This document shows positions 28,683 to 39,014 of a stretch of DNA of 64,000 bases, in pieces. Origin of the DNA: a virus; the IMG/VR virus record IMGVR_UViG_3300008262_000047, one strand, 5' to 3'. The position numbers and the translations under genes were made by a program. Numbering within the stretch: position 1 is the stretch's first letter; each line of letters begins with the position of its first letter. Below the pieces are notes generated by a model that had not been told where the DNA came from, made no database searches, and saw only the letters and a list, made by a program, of their open reading frames with translations.

Positions 28683-29263
28683 CCATTAACGAAGCCTACA
28701 AAATTTACACGGCGTTACGATTACACTTCACAACAGACAACTTTGATATACGAAATGGTGTTCCTCCCAGAGCACCTAAGACAGGTGTAAAGACGGCGTT
28801 CAGTAAAAAGCTAGAACAAATGATGAAACAGTATAATTATGATTCAGAAGCATTTGTAGGATTTCTCGTATCAAATTTTTTGTCTGGGCATGAATGGGGT
28901 GCCATTTTTGAACCCACAGGGCATGAAGTATATCTTGAATGGAAAAAAATTCAAGAAAGATTAACATATACATTTACACAAGACATTGACTTTCTCACAT
29001 TACAAGTGAATAAAGTGGATGATTTATGGAAATGTACAGGTGAACATCCGGTGATATTGAAGTCGTATTGTGGTAAAAAAAGTCGGTTGGAAACACTTGT
29101 AATTCTAAATAAATTATATAAGTTTAGAGAACAGTTAGATGAACAACTAAAAAATGACCCCGTATGGGCATCAACATCTAGACTGGTATACAAATATTCA
29201 CCGTTTGTTAACATCAACAAGGAAAAATTTTCAATGATTGTAAAGAAGGCCTTCAATGAGTAA
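28679..29263 (+). CDS. gp59: Helicase loader gp59
   Basis: YKIYTALRLHFT, FLVSNF, LETLVIL, KYSPF. Confidence 0.85.
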   Translation: MTINEAYKIYTALRLHFTTDNFDIRNGVPPRAPKTGVKTAFSKKLEQMMKQYNYDSEAFVGFLVSNFLSGHEWGAIFEPTGHEVYLEWKKIQERLTYTFTQDIDFLTLQVNKVDDLWKCTGEHPVILKSYCGKKSRLETLVILNKLYKFREQLDEQLKNDPVWASTSRLVYKYSPFVNINKEKFSMIVKKAFNE

Positions 29264-29444
29264 ACATCACGATTGGGAAGATGATGACTATCGTAGTTTC
29301 AAGAAGCCCAAAAGAGTAGAAAAAGACAAGTTCGGTAAGCATCGTAAGGCAATTTACGATATGCTTGACACTGAGTTTGACGAAGATTATTTTAATGATG
29401 CATACTCTGATGAAGATTATGATGAGGTGGATGATAGGTATTAA
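29256..29444 (+). CDS. Small basic/acidic hypothetical protein
   Basis: ORF between 59 and 32. Confidence 0.55.
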   Translation: MSKHHDWEDDDYRSFKKPKRVEKDKFGKHRKAIYDMLDTEFDEDYFNDAYSDEDYDEVDDRY

Positions 29445-29515
29445 TATCATGGCAGGTCCGTAGTATCATACGTTTTACACACTAACATACAACGCTATAC
29501 GCAAGGAGTAACACA

Positions 29516-30433
29516 ATGTCTTACACAAGTTTATCCGATTTACGCAAGTCACGTGGCAATTTCGACAGTCTCATGAAGGAAGTTGAAAAGATTGCCAACC
29601 CTACAAACGAACGCCGCGAAGATGACCGTTTTTGGTCTCCTTCAGTTGATAAGGCAGGCAATGGATATGCCGTGATTCGTTTTCTTCCTCCCACAAAGGG
29701 TGAGGAGCTTCCTTGGATTCGTGTTTGGAATCATGGGTTTCAAGGACCATCAGGTCGCTGGTACATTGAAAACAGCTTGACCACATTGAATCTTCCCGAT
29801 CCTGTATCTGAATTGAATTCAGAACTTTGGAACTCCGGAATTGAGAGCAATAAGGAAATTGCTCGTAAGCAGAAGCGTCGTTTAAATTACATCGCTAACA
29901 TTCTTGTTGTAAAGGACTCTGCCAATCCTCAGAACGAAGGTAAGGTGTTCCTGTACAAGTTTGGCAAGAAGATTTTCGATAAGATTAAGGACATCATGCA
30001 GCCTCAGTTTGAGGATGAGGAGCCCATCAACCCCTTTGATTTCTGGAAGGGTGCAAACTTCAAGCTCAAGATTCGTAATGTCGAAGGATATCGCAATTAC
30101 GACAAGTCTGAATTCGAACCTGTCTCAGCCATTGCTGATTCAGATGATGACATCGAAACAGTTTGGAATCAGCAACATGCACTTCAACCCTTCGTTGATC
30201 CCAAGAACTTCAAGAGCTACGAAGAATTGAAGAAGAAGCTCGACATGGTATTGAAGGGAAGCCCGGTTGCTTCCATGACGGCTGATAAGATTTCTGAGAG
30301 CCGGATGGATGAAGAGCCAGTTGCAGAATCTCCTAAGGTGCGTTCTGCCCCAGCCCCAACCTTCAAGTCATCAGGTGCTGACGAAGATGACGATGATACT
30401 CTAAGTTACTTCGCCAAGTTGGCTGAAGATTAA
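29516..30433 (+). CDS. gp32: ssDNA-binding protein gp32
   Basis: DDRFW, GNGYAVIRFLP, WYIENSLTT, GANFKLK, acidic tail. Confidence 0.96.
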   Translation: MSYTSLSDLRKSRGNFDSLMKEVEKIANPTNERREDDRFWSPSVDKAGNGYAVIRFLPPTKGEELPWIRVWNHGFQGPSGRWYIENSLTTLNLPDPVSELNSELWNSGIESNKEIARKQKRRLNYIANILVVKDSANPQNEGKVFLYKFGKKIFDKIKDIMQPQFEDEEPINPFDFWKGANFKLKIRNVEGYRNYDKSEFEPVSAIADSDDDIETVWNQQHALQPFVDPKNFKSYEELKKKLDMVLKGSPVASMTADKISESRMDEEPVAESPKVRSAPAPTFKSSGADEDDDDTLSYFAKLAED

Positions 30434-30452
30434 TTCTTAGATATAGCTAAAA

Positions 30453-30482
30453 AGAAAAGGGAGCCCGAAAGCTCCCTTTTCT
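30453..30482. terminator. Bidirectional intrinsic terminator between convergent genes
   Basis: AGAAAAGGGAGC-ccgaaa-GCTCCCTTTTCT. Confidence 0.85.
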
Positions 30483-30483
30483 G

Positions 30484-32616
30484 CTATACTCGCGCAACTC
30501 GCTTATCTTGGAATCGAACAAAACTATTGTCTTGTATTCGTATTTCTGTGGGTCCTATTGCAGGAGCTCCACCGCCGCCTCCTGACACATTGGTGACGAC
30601 CGTACTGCCACCGCCACCTGTTGGTGCTACCATGGCAGGTATTGAATTTTCTGTTGCCGTTGATACCATCCCTGCTGTATCTCCAGGTGCGCCTTCTATG
30701 GAAGCATTTGACATATCTCTTGCTGCCAATCCGGCATCTATGGCAGCACTTGCTGCCGTGCCTATGCCAGGCACTGTTGATGCAGCACCTGAGGCAACTT
30801 CCCCTAAGGCACCTTTCCAATCACCTGATAGTAATCGTGATGCTCCAAATCCCAATCCTGCCACTAATCCTATACCTGGTATTTTCTTTAGTAGTGATTT
30901 ACCTAATGCTTTGGCACCTACTTTACCTGCTGCTCGCGCACCTAATCCACCTGCAACTCTGGACGCCAAAGGTGCTGCGCGTGATAGTAATGATCCTCCC
31001 TTGCTCATTAATCTTGAGGATCCGCGCATTAAACTTCCCCCTAATCCCTTGGTCTTTGAGAGCATTCTTCCTCCCAAGCGATCCATAATCATTTGTCCCA
31101 TTCCACCACCACCTGATTGTTGTTCTGCACTGGCCACTTGTTGTGCTTCTGCACTTCCCACTTTTGCGGATTGAACAGCTTCTACTTGCCCCTTCACTTC
31201 TTCGTTGGTGAGTGTAGATTGCCCTGAATCTTCTTCACTATCACGTTCTTTATCAATTTTTGCACTAGTCCCTGTATTATCAGCAATTTTTTCTAAGGCA
31301 CTAAGAATATTGCTTTGTACTTTACCTTGTTCTTCTAATGCAGACAACAATTCAGTAGGAGCAGCAATGCTTTCCGCTGTTCTTTCTATCGGAGAAATTC
31401 TTCCTTCTTCTGCTGCCATTTGTTCCAATTCTTTTATACTGGTCTTTTTTAATTCAGAAGATGAAAGACCCAATTGTTGATTCAATTCATCCTTACTGAA
31501 CAATCCTCTGCCTGATGTGCGTGCAGTTTCTTTACTGATATACTGTCCAGTATCAGTGTCCCGATATTTACCACCCTTGTCACGTTGTAGACTACCTTCC
31601 ACGATGCCACGAATTACTGATACTTCTTGTAGCAGAGATTGTAGTGTTACTAGTACAGCACTATCTTCAGATGCATTTTCTGTGGCATCACCTATTGCAT
31701 CCGCCATATCAGAAGTAGTTTCAGGATTTACAGAACCTTGTTCCATTCTACCCATTAATCCTTGTAACTCCTCTTGCTGACGCATTGCCTCACGTTCAGA
31801 TTCTATGAGTTGTGCGTTACTAGGAGCTTTTTTATCAGGTTCCAATAGAACACTACCAAAGGCTTGCATGAATCCTTTACCGGTCGTCACCTTCTTTAAG
31901 TTGCCCGTGAGCATATCTTTATATGATTGTCCTTCTTCGGGATTCCAACTTAATCCAGGTGCAAACTTTCGTAAAGCGGCTGTGGTGTCACCCTTAATGG
32001 CATCCATCATGGTAAGACGCTTTTCTTCAGGTTCTTGCATCTTGTTCTGTATTTCTTCAGACAACTTTTTCTGCGTTTCTAGAGACTTTGTTAAGCGTTC
32101 TTTATCTTTCTTCAATGTTGTTAATTCCACAACACGCGCTTCAAGGTCTCTCTTGATTTCTTCTTTTTCTTTCTCTGTGACAGTTTTATCTTCTTGTGCC
32201 TTTTCTTGCCAGTATTTCAGATAACGAACTTCTTCTTCTTTACTTTCCACTTCTTTCTCATTGACGACAATATCCTTCTCCACCTTTTCTGTTTGCTTTT
32301 CGGTTTGTACAACCATTTTTGCAAACATGGTTCGTAATTCTTCTCTGTCTTTGGTTGTATCACCTTGACTGGTTGCCATTTTTTTCAAGGCGTTAAGCAT
32401 GTCTTGAAAAATCTTCTTCTGTTCATCTGAAAAGTCTACTTCGTTTTGAACAGATAAGTTTTCAATTATTGAACCAATACTGGTTGACATTTGCCCAGCA
32501 AATTCCATGTTTCTTTGCAAGTTGTCAGCAGGCGAGGTTTTTAACATACTTGCCTGTAGATTTTTTGCAATCTCATCCTTTGTTTTATTTGCCTTGGGCT
32601 TACTTTTACGAGCCAT
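30484..32616 (-). CDS. gp29: Tape measure / hub protein (gp29-like)
   Basis: 710 aa, coiled-coil N-half, Gly/Ala-rich KKIPGIGL...GAASTVPG segment; position after gp51. Confidence 0.7.
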   Translation of the reverse strand: MARKSKPKANKTKDEIAKNLQASMLKTSPADNLQRNMEFAGQMSTSIGSIIENLSVQNEVDFSDEQKKIFQDMLNALKKMATSQGDTTKDREELRTMFAKMVVQTEKQTEKVEKDIVVNEKEVESKEEEVRYLKYWQEKAQEDKTVTEKEKEEIKRDLEARVVELTTLKKDKERLTKSLETQKKLSEEIQNKMQEPEEKRLTMMDAIKGDTTAALRKFAPGLSWNPEEGQSYKDMLTGNLKKVTTGKGFMQAFGSVLLEPDKKAPSNAQLIESEREAMRQQEELQGLMGRMEQGSVNPETTSDMADAIGDATENASEDSAVLVTLQSLLQEVSVIRGIVEGSLQRDKGGKYRDTDTGQYISKETARTSGRGLFSKDELNQQLGLSSSELKKTSIKELEQMAAEEGRISPIERTAESIAAPTELLSALEEQGKVQSNILSALEKIADNTGTSAKIDKERDSEEDSGQSTLTNEEVKGQVEAVQSAKVGSAEAQQVASAEQQSGGGGMGQMIMDRLGGRMLSKTKGLGGSLMRGSSRLMSKGGSLLSRAAPLASRVAGGLGARAAGKVGAKALGKSLLKKIPGIGLVAGLGFGASRLLSGDWKGALGEVASGAASTVPGIGTAASAAIDAGLAARDMSNASIEGAPGDTAGMVSTATENSIPAMVAPTGGGGSTVVTNVSGGGGGAPAIGPTEIRIQDNSFVRFQDKRVARV

Positions 32617-32628
32617 GGTGGATTCCTA

Positions 32629-32810
32629 TTAGTATTGTTGATTCTTTTTTTGAGCCTTTTTTTCTAAATGACGTATTAACATACCAACGTACACATCTCT
32701 TTCCCATGGCATCATATTCTCTAGCTCAGATAAAGAATATTGATGTTCTTGCATCAATATGAAATTTGTTTCGTAATAATTGATGACAGAATCATGAGAA
32801 AGAGTTAAAC
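32629..32810 (-). CDS. gp51: gp51-like hub assembly frame, probably reached by -1 frameshift from gp26
   Basis: LSHDSVINYYETNFILMQEHQYSLSELENMMPWERDVY; first ATG only at 32754. Confidence 0.8.
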
Positions 32811-33503
32811 GAAAAAATTGACTATCTCATTGATGTTTACAATATTATTTCTTGCACACTTTGGGCATGCAAAACGAATATCGTGATGAATTGCTGGCAT
32901 TGTGTCAAAAAACAATTTCATCATTTCAAACTGTGTACTTGTCACATTGTCAACAAATTCACGAAAATCTTCTTGTGTAGCATTTTCTCTGTTGTATACT
33001 TCTTCGTTCGTCTGAATAGTTTCAATACAGTGTGCCACCATATCGTAGATGTCATCAACCGTAGCATCTGGATTTGATAACAATGCCAAATGTTCAATTT
33101 TTGGATATCGCATCATCACAATTAAATCTTTCGATAACTCTAACCGATTGGTATGATGTTCATTGTATAACACTTCCACTTGATTGATATCAATTGTTGA
33201 TGATGTTGAATGTTTACAATTACCACAGATGAGATTAAATTCAATGATTTCACCCACAGATTTTCCACGTATTTCTAAAAATAATTTCTGTACGTCAACC
33301 ATAGAATGAGTATCACATGACACTGTTCCGTTTGTACACGCCAATACAGCTTCATTTAATGCACGCAACACGGCATTTCTATCACCACTTTCAGATGCCA
33401 ATAACAATAATTTTTCTTCTCTCATGACAAACGGACGAAACGTCACTTTTTGTTTTGACACGGGTAATGTAGTTTCAAAAGTTGGTAAATGATTTATTTT
33501 CAT
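32805..33503 (-). CDS. gp26: Baseplate hub assembly chaperone gp26
   Basis: FRPFVMREEKLLL, IRGKSVGE, CxxC pairs, FFDTMP. Confidence 0.9.
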   Translation of the reverse strand: MKINHLPTFETTLPVSKQKVTFRPFVMREEKLLLLASESGDRNAVLRALNEAVLACTNGTVSCDTHSMVDVQKLFLEIRGKSVGEIIEFNLICGNCKHSTSSTIDINQVEVLYNEHHTNRLELSKDLIVMMRYPKIEHLALLSNPDATVDDIYDMVAHCIETIQTNEEVYNRENATQEDFREFVDNVTSTQFEMMKLFFDTMPAIHHDIRFACPKCARNNIVNINEIVNFFV

Positions 33504-33511
33504 AATTTATC

Positions 33512-34075
33512 CTATGTTGTAATGTTTTCAACCGTCCAATATTTATAGGCAAATCCAATATTCAAACGATGAATTCCTACAGCAGAATATGATGTCTGCA
33601 TCAAATTCATTGACTTAGGAAATGCCTCATGCAATTTCACTTTATATCGTGTTGTTTCTTTGTATCCCTGAACAGGCGTGGGACCAATGGGACCTTCATG
33701 TACAGCTTCAATAATGATGTCACCGATGATGTCTCTGTATGGTGCCACTTCACGGGAAGTGCCAATAATGGCATTCATCCAATCATCAAAAAACTTTTTC
33801 ACCTTCCATTCAGAGTCTACAAAAAATGTAAAGTTGGCTGACTCTCCAAAAAAGTCAACCGCAGAAGGACGTTGAATGTTTAGATTGTGTATTCGTGCTG
33901 GTCGTGTAATAATGGTTTTACCCGGAAACGCGGCTTCTTCACAAAACAATGTGAGTAGCTGGTCAGCGGGTGCTGTAACTATGTTGGGTTTGGAAACAAT
34001 AGTTACAGAAAATTTTTCAGATTTTGCCAATCCTTTGGCACGTACTACTGTGAGAAAATTTTCTATACTAGGCAT
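33512..34075 (-). CDS. Tail tube initiator (gp54/gp19-like)
   Basis: FCEEAAFPG, FFDDWM, LHEAFPK, FAYKYW. Confidence 0.75.
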   Translation of the reverse strand: MPSIENFLTVVRAKGLAKSEKFSVTIVSKPNIVTAPADQLLTLFCEEAAFPGKTIITRPARIHNLNIQRPSAVDFFGESANFTFFVDSEWKVKKFFDDWMNAIIGTSREVAPYRDIIGDIIIEAVHEGPIGPTPVQGYKETTRYKVKLHEAFPKSMNLMQTSYSAVGIHRLNIGFAYKYWTVENITT

Positions 34076-34655
34076 CTATGTTTTGTTTGGAGAGTTGATA
34101 GACAGATGATTTAGTTTCTCCTTGGAATGATTCAACAGGAAGAAATATAGCAGCACGCCAATCTTGAGGATTTATCTCAAGGAAACGAGATTGTATATTG
34201 GGATATAGATATCGTTTCACACAAGGTTTTGCTTCTGGGAACCGAGAAAAATTCCCAATAATATTCCAAGACATACGGAGTTGTGTGGTATTTGAAATGG
34301 TGGGTTTATCCGCCAATTTCATTAGTTCATCTAACAACTTCATACGCAAGAGTGGTGGTAGATAATGTAAGTTCAATCCCAAGAACCCCCCTTTAATCAC
34401 GTTGAAGGGCATCACCAAGGGAAACTCATCATAATAGGGAAGTTTTGCTGCCATTTTAGGATTATACATGAACAAGTACATTCGTCCAGGTTCTATGTTA
34501 CTTGTCAACTTACCTATGCCCGATTCCAATGCCTTGTTCGCAGTCATGGTATTCAATCCCAACTTTCGTATTTGCGCTTGATACCATTGGTAGGATTTCA
34601 CACCCTTCCCATCAGGTCTCATTTGCTCAAATGGATTCTGTTTCTTAGATTTCAT
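34068..34655 (-). CDS. gp2: DNA end protector gp2
   Basis: LPYYDEFPL, GLNLHYLPP, CVKRYL. Confidence 0.9.
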   Translation of the reverse strand: MKSKKQNPFEQMRPDGKGVKSYQWYQAQIRKLGLNTMTANKALESGIGKLTSNIEPGRMYLFMYNPKMAAKLPYYDEFPLVMPFNVIKGGFLGLNLHYLPPLLRMKLLDELMKLADKPTISNTTQLRMSWNIIGNFSRFPEAKPCVKRYLYPNIQSRFLEINPQDWRAAIFLPVESFQGETKSSVYQLSKQNIDA

Positions 34656-34675
34656 AAAGTGGTGAAATTGGGGGC

Positions 34676-34704
34676 TTGACTACTACTTGACAAGGTGATA
34701 AATT
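34676..34704 (+). promoter_or_regulatory. Sigma70-like promoter pointing antisense into gp4
   Basis: CTTGACT-17 nt-TAAATT with a second CTTGACA at 34686. Confidence 0.45.
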
Positions 34705-34737
34705 CACTATGTTAGGGATGAATAGATAATTCTGTTA

Positions 34738-35205
34738 CTATTTATCTCTGTTCTGTAAAAGCCCTAAGTCTTTCTCCGTGATGAGCATAAATTCCCATCC
34801 GTATTGAGCAGCAGCTTTACGCGCCGCTTCCCATTTGGCATTGTTCACAGCCCATTGTACAACCTCACTAATAAATCGCTTCGTTTTTTTACTAGGGATT
34901 TGAGGTTCTTGCGTGAATCGAAATGGCTTCACTTCAATCAAATACTTTTTTATAGTACCATTCTTAGTTTTTACTTTGATGAAGAAATCCACAAAATATC
35001 GGTGAATTTTATTGTCTACTGGGCTTAAATATGGGACGACAATTTCTTCTGATCCCCATTCTATTACACCTTCGTTGAAATCACACCATTTCATAAATCG
35101 CACTTCATAACTGCTACGATAAATGATGTTTGTGACATCCCCACGATATTTGCGGGGATTTTTTGGTGTATATTTGCCTTTGTATGTATCTTTAGTATAA
35201 GCCAT
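34738..35205 (-). CDS. gp4: Head completion nuclease gp4
   Basis: YKGKYTPKNPRKY, YRSSYE, RYFVDF, IEVKP, NNAKW. Confidence 0.93.
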   Translation of the reverse strand: MAYTKDTYKGKYTPKNPRKYRGDVTNIIYRSSYEVRFMKWCDFNEGVIEWGSEEIVVPYLSPVDNKIHRYFVDFFIKVKTKNGTIKKYLIEVKPFRFTQEPQIPSKKTKRFISEVVQWAVNNAKWEAARKAAAQYGWEFMLITEKDLGLLQNRDK

Positions 35206-35244
35206 ATAAATAATAGGTAAACGTTCTTCACGGGATTATTTAGA
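35205..35244. promoter_or_regulatory. Divergent late promoters
   Basis: TATAAATA on + (35205-35212) and TCTAAATA on - (35237-35244). Confidence 0.65.
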
Positions 35245-36365
35245 TGGCGCAAATTCCATTAGCACCAAACAGAAACAGAGATGCCACACAGGATTCAAGT
35301 GTCCGCCAACAGCGCATCCCAGAAGGATACCGCGAGGCGTTAACACAAGGTGCCATTCGTCAGAATGAGTCACGAAACACATTTCGTTCAACCCAACAAC
35401 TTCGATATCCCAAAGAAACCGGATTGTTAGCAGAACAACCCCATTGGTTGAAAATTCTTATTCGCGTGCGTGAACAAAATAGCCAAGCCACTGGAGGCAA
35501 TGTTGTGGGTGGCACATATACAGAAACAAGTGCTCGTAGAGTTAGTGGTGAAAATGCTACAGCAATAGCAGCAACTGTGGGAGCGGCATCGGGAGCCTCA
35601 CGCCCTACAGGGGGATTAATCGGAAAAATCCCATTACTAAATTTTGCAACTAAGGCGGTGAAGGGTGTGACGGGCGCAGCAGCAGGTGCCTTGGCAACCG
35701 CCGCATCAGGTAGTAACAAATCAACAACATTATCAACATCAATATGTTTAGGCTTACAAGAACCCCCAAAAGCTGATTATTCTGTGGAATGGGAAGAACA
35801 AGCATTGGGTTCTGTGTTGAGTGGGGGTAGTCAAGGATTGTTTAATACGGCAAAAGGTTTGGCGGGTGAAACATTACGTAGACAGATTAATCCGGGTAAG
35901 ATAGGTGAAATTGCAGGCGTTGACCAAGCGGCAGCAACTGCTGCTGTAGATAAATCGTTAGGAAAAATTCGTAATCCTTATCGTGAACAAATTTTCAAAC
36001 AAGTGAATTTTCGAGAATTCACCTTTGAGTATACATTCTTACCTGAAAGTGTGCAAGAAGCAGAACAGGTTTTAGCAATATTAAAAGTTCTTCGTCAAAA
36101 CATGTTACCCGAAGTTGCACAAAATAGTTTCTATATGATATATCCTGCAGAATTCTCATTGTATTACATGTACAAAGAAAACATCAATCCCCATGTGCAC
36201 CAATTCAGTGATTGTGTACTCACTTCAATGTCAGTGAAATATGGTGGTCAAGATTTCGTGACGTTTAAAGGGACGCCAGGATTGCCCGCTGAAGTTACCA
36301 TGACATTGAAGTTTAAGGAAATTGTTCCCATCACAGGTGATAGAGTTTACGGAGAAAATCTATAA
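35244..36365 (+). CDS. gp48: Baseplate tail-tube cap gp48
   Basis: NPYREQIFKQVNFREFTFEYTF, YPAEF, CVLTSMSVKY, TLKFKEI. Confidence 0.85.
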   Translation: MAQIPLAPNRNRDATQDSSVRQQRIPEGYREALTQGAIRQNESRNTFRSTQQLRYPKETGLLAEQPHWLKILIRVREQNSQATGGNVVGGTYTETSARRVSGENATAIAATVGAASGASRPTGGLIGKIPLLNFATKAVKGVTGAAAGALATAASGSNKSTTLSTSICLGLQEPPKADYSVEWEEQALGSVLSGGSQGLFNTAKGLAGETLRRQINPGKIGEIAGVDQAAATAAVDKSLGKIRNPYREQIFKQVNFREFTFEYTFLPESVQEAEQVLAILKVLRQNMLPEVAQNSFYMIYPAEFSLYYMYKENINPHVHQFSDCVLTSMSVKYGGQDFVTFKGTPGLPAEVTMTLKFKEIVPITGDRVYGENL

Positions 36366-37114
36366 TGCTACGAGGACTGCCACAAATTGTTGTACCAGTT
36401 TCAACATTTACTGGAACTGATACACAACTATCCGGTGTGATTACCATCACGGAAAAGCAGATTACAGGAGTCAATACAAAGTTCATTGAAGAAATTGTAA
36501 TTGGTGCTGAGTTATATGTTAATGATGTTATGGTGGGCATCATCTCTCGCATTGAATCAGATGTGTTATGTTTTCTAGAAGAACCTGCATCTGATACATA
36601 TACAGGTGTTGCAACAATTCGAAATTTTCAAGTAAGTGATACAGGACGTCCAATTACAATATCAGACATCTTGTATCGCATTGCAATCAATAAAGACTTT
36701 TCACGCAAAGCATCTTTTTTGATGCCCTATACTGTAGTTGAAGGTGATACACCTGAAATTGTTTCCTTTAAGTTTTATGGGACACCATTATATCATTGGG
36801 TAATCCTAATCATCAATGACATTGTGAATCCCCGCGAAGAATGGCCCTTGTCAGAAAAACAACTACTAGAAAAAATTGCACTACAGTATCCTGATGATTT
36901 ACCATCCGATGTGTATGAGTGGAGAGAAATAAATTATGGATACGTTGTAGATTATAACGCAGGATTGGCGGCGCAACAACAAATATATTCTGTTTCAATC
37001 TATGATTATGAAACAGAAAAAAATGAAGCAAAGCGTACCATTAAGGTACTAGACCCCAATTTCATTACTGATTTCATTACAGCATATTCACGAGCATATA
37101 CTGATATAACATAA
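36365..37114 (+). CDS. gp53: Baseplate wedge gp53 with an inserted beta module
   Basis: EGDTPEIVSFKFYG...HWVIL, EWPL, YDYETEKNEAKR. Confidence 0.85.
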   Translation: MLRGLPQIVVPVSTFTGTDTQLSGVITITEKQITGVNTKFIEEIVIGAELYVNDVMVGIISRIESDVLCFLEEPASDTYTGVATIRNFQVSDTGRPITISDILYRIAINKDFSRKASFLMPYTVVEGDTPEIVSFKFYGTPLYHWVILIINDIVNPREEWPLSEKQLLEKIALQYPDDLPSDVYEWREINYGYVVDYNAGLAAQQQIYSVSIYDYETEKNEAKRTIKVLDPNFITDFITAYSRAYTDIT

Positions 37115-37116
37115 TT

Positions 37117-38529
37117 ATGGCAAATCCTATAGATGCCCCAGCGTTAAATCCTGGGTCTGTTAACATTAAAGAGGTCACATTGTTCAAGGCGGGACAGGAA
37201 TATCCATTAAAGGATTTCATTGTTGAACTATCTGTGTTTGAAGATATGTTTTCCAATACCATGTCAGCTACAATGATTTTATCTGACGGATTAAATTTGG
37301 TGGGATCACTTCCTATTACAGGCGGTGAGATTATTAATATTTCATATACTGTACCAGGATTTGAAGATTCACAAATTTTTGGTCGTGCCTTTTATGTGTT
37401 TGCTGTTCGTGATAGATTTCCCTCAAGCACAGACCGTCAACAAATGTACATGTTATCTCTCATGTCATTGGAAGCAGCTGTAGATTCTGTTACTGTTGTT
37501 TCAAAAAAATATACAGGTAAACCTAGTGAAATTGCAAAACAGATATTTGATGAATATCTTTCAATGCCTCGTTTTTGGAGCAAAGAGTACGATATGCCTG
37601 CTGGATTAAGTGACGAAGAAACATTGACACGTCCTGCATGGAAAAAATCAGTACCGCAGCAAAATAGAACATCATTACAATTGATGCCAAACTCAGAGTC
37701 TAAAAATAAAGTTACCTGGGTTGTACCCATGTGGAGTCCAATGAAGTGTATCAATTGGTTGGCAAATCGTCATCTCGATGAAGGTAGTAAAGCAGCCAAC
37801 ACCTTGGCATGGGAATCATCACAACAATTTTATTTTGCGACTGTTGATAGCATATTCAAAGCTCAAGAAAATGTGAATGAGCGCAAGGTGTATTATTACG
37901 GATTTGATGATGCCATGATTGAACGTATTACAAAAAATAATTCTACAAAAAATACGTTGATAGAAGGATACAAGAAGGTGGAAAATGTTGCCATACCCAC
38001 AAACTATGACATTCTTCGTAGTCAAGAAATGGGACATTATTCATCAACAATGCACGTGTTCGATGTGGTCACTAAAAAGTATGATGAATATGTGTTTGAT
38101 TACATCAACAACTATTCACAGTTTGAACACTTACATGGCAAAACAAATCCCACGTTTCCGTCACAACAACTACGAAATGTTCATTCATATGTAACATTCC
38201 GTCCTAAGCATAAGAAAATTTTCAATGATTTTGAAGACCCAAAATTTGAAGATTGGGTTCTACAGAGAACAAGTTTACTATACGATATTAGTAATTTGAA
38301 AATTGAAATCACAGTTCCTGGTTTGGCAGGAACACAGGCAGGTGAAGTTGTACAATTCTATTATCCAAAAATGGCAGCAAAGGGTAGTGATGAAAATGTT
38401 GAGAATTTGATTGATAGATATCTATCAGGAAGTTATCTGGTGACTGCTGTACGTCATATTATTGCGCGAGATAAGTATACAATGAAATTGGAAATGGTAA
38501 AAGAATCACTTGCTTCAGGATTAGGATAA
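37117..38529 (+). CDS. Baseplate hub protein (gp27-like)
   Basis: FEDMFS, LPITGGE, YLSGSYLVTAVRH; position before gp5. Confidence 0.7.
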   Translation: MANPIDAPALNPGSVNIKEVTLFKAGQEYPLKDFIVELSVFEDMFSNTMSATMILSDGLNLVGSLPITGGEIINISYTVPGFEDSQIFGRAFYVFAVRDRFPSSTDRQQMYMLSLMSLEAAVDSVTVVSKKYTGKPSEIAKQIFDEYLSMPRFWSKEYDMPAGLSDEETLTRPAWKKSVPQQNRTSLQLMPNSESKNKVTWVVPMWSPMKCINWLANRHLDEGSKAANTLAWESSQQFYFATVDSIFKAQENVNERKVYYYGFDDAMIERITKNNSTKNTLIEGYKKVENVAIPTNYDILRSQEMGHYSSTMHVFDVVTKKYDEYVFDYINNYSQFEHLHGKTNPTFPSQQLRNVHSYVTFRPKHKKIFNDFEDPKFEDWVLQRTSLLYDISNLKIEITVPGLAGTQAGEVVQFYYPKMAAKGSDENVENLIDRYLSGSYLVTAVRHIIARDKYTMKLEMVKESLASGLG

Positions 38530-39014
38530 TGCATACAAATGTATATAATAATGGGGGCTTCTATTGGTTCATGGGTGTTGTGGAAGATAGACAAGACCCT
38601 GAGGCACTAGGAAGATGTCGTGTTCGTATTGTGGGATATCATAATCCCGACAAAACTATTTTGCCTACTGAAGATTTACCGTGGGCAATACCTCTTATGC
38701 CCATGACATCAGCTTCTATTTCAGGAACAGGACATGCACCTGTGGGTCCTGTAGAAGGAACATGGGTAATGGGATTTTTCCTTGACGGTGATGAATGTCA
38801 GTTGCCTGTCATGTTAGGCACATTCCCGGGACGTGCTGAGCCGGTCAACTTGGTAACATTACTACAAAAACTTGCCGAAGCATTATCAAAAACTCTTACA
38901 TTACCTACAACTGGGTTGTCCAGTTTGGCAATTCCTACTGTGAATGTATTGGCCACCAATGAGACTCAACGAAATGATGCCTTAAATAACAGCGTTACGG
39001 TACAAGAATCATGA
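38529..39014 (+). CDS. gp5: gp5 N-terminal OB-fold part
   Basis: WFMGVVEDRQDPEALGRCRVRIVGYH, DLPWA, VEGTWVMGFFLDG. Confidence 0.88.
   Translation: MHTNVYNNGGFYWFMGVVEDRQDPEALGRCRVRIVGYHNPDKTILPTEDLPWAIPLMPMTSASISGTGHAPVGPVEGTWVMGFFLDGDECQLPVMLGTFPGRAEPVNLVTLLQKLAEALSKTLTLPTTGLSSLAIPTVNVLATNETQRNDALNNSVTVQES

Noticed and set aside
30527-32762. Plus-strand ORFs opposite the tape measure gene
   Set aside because: Antisense shadows of low-complexity coding sequence
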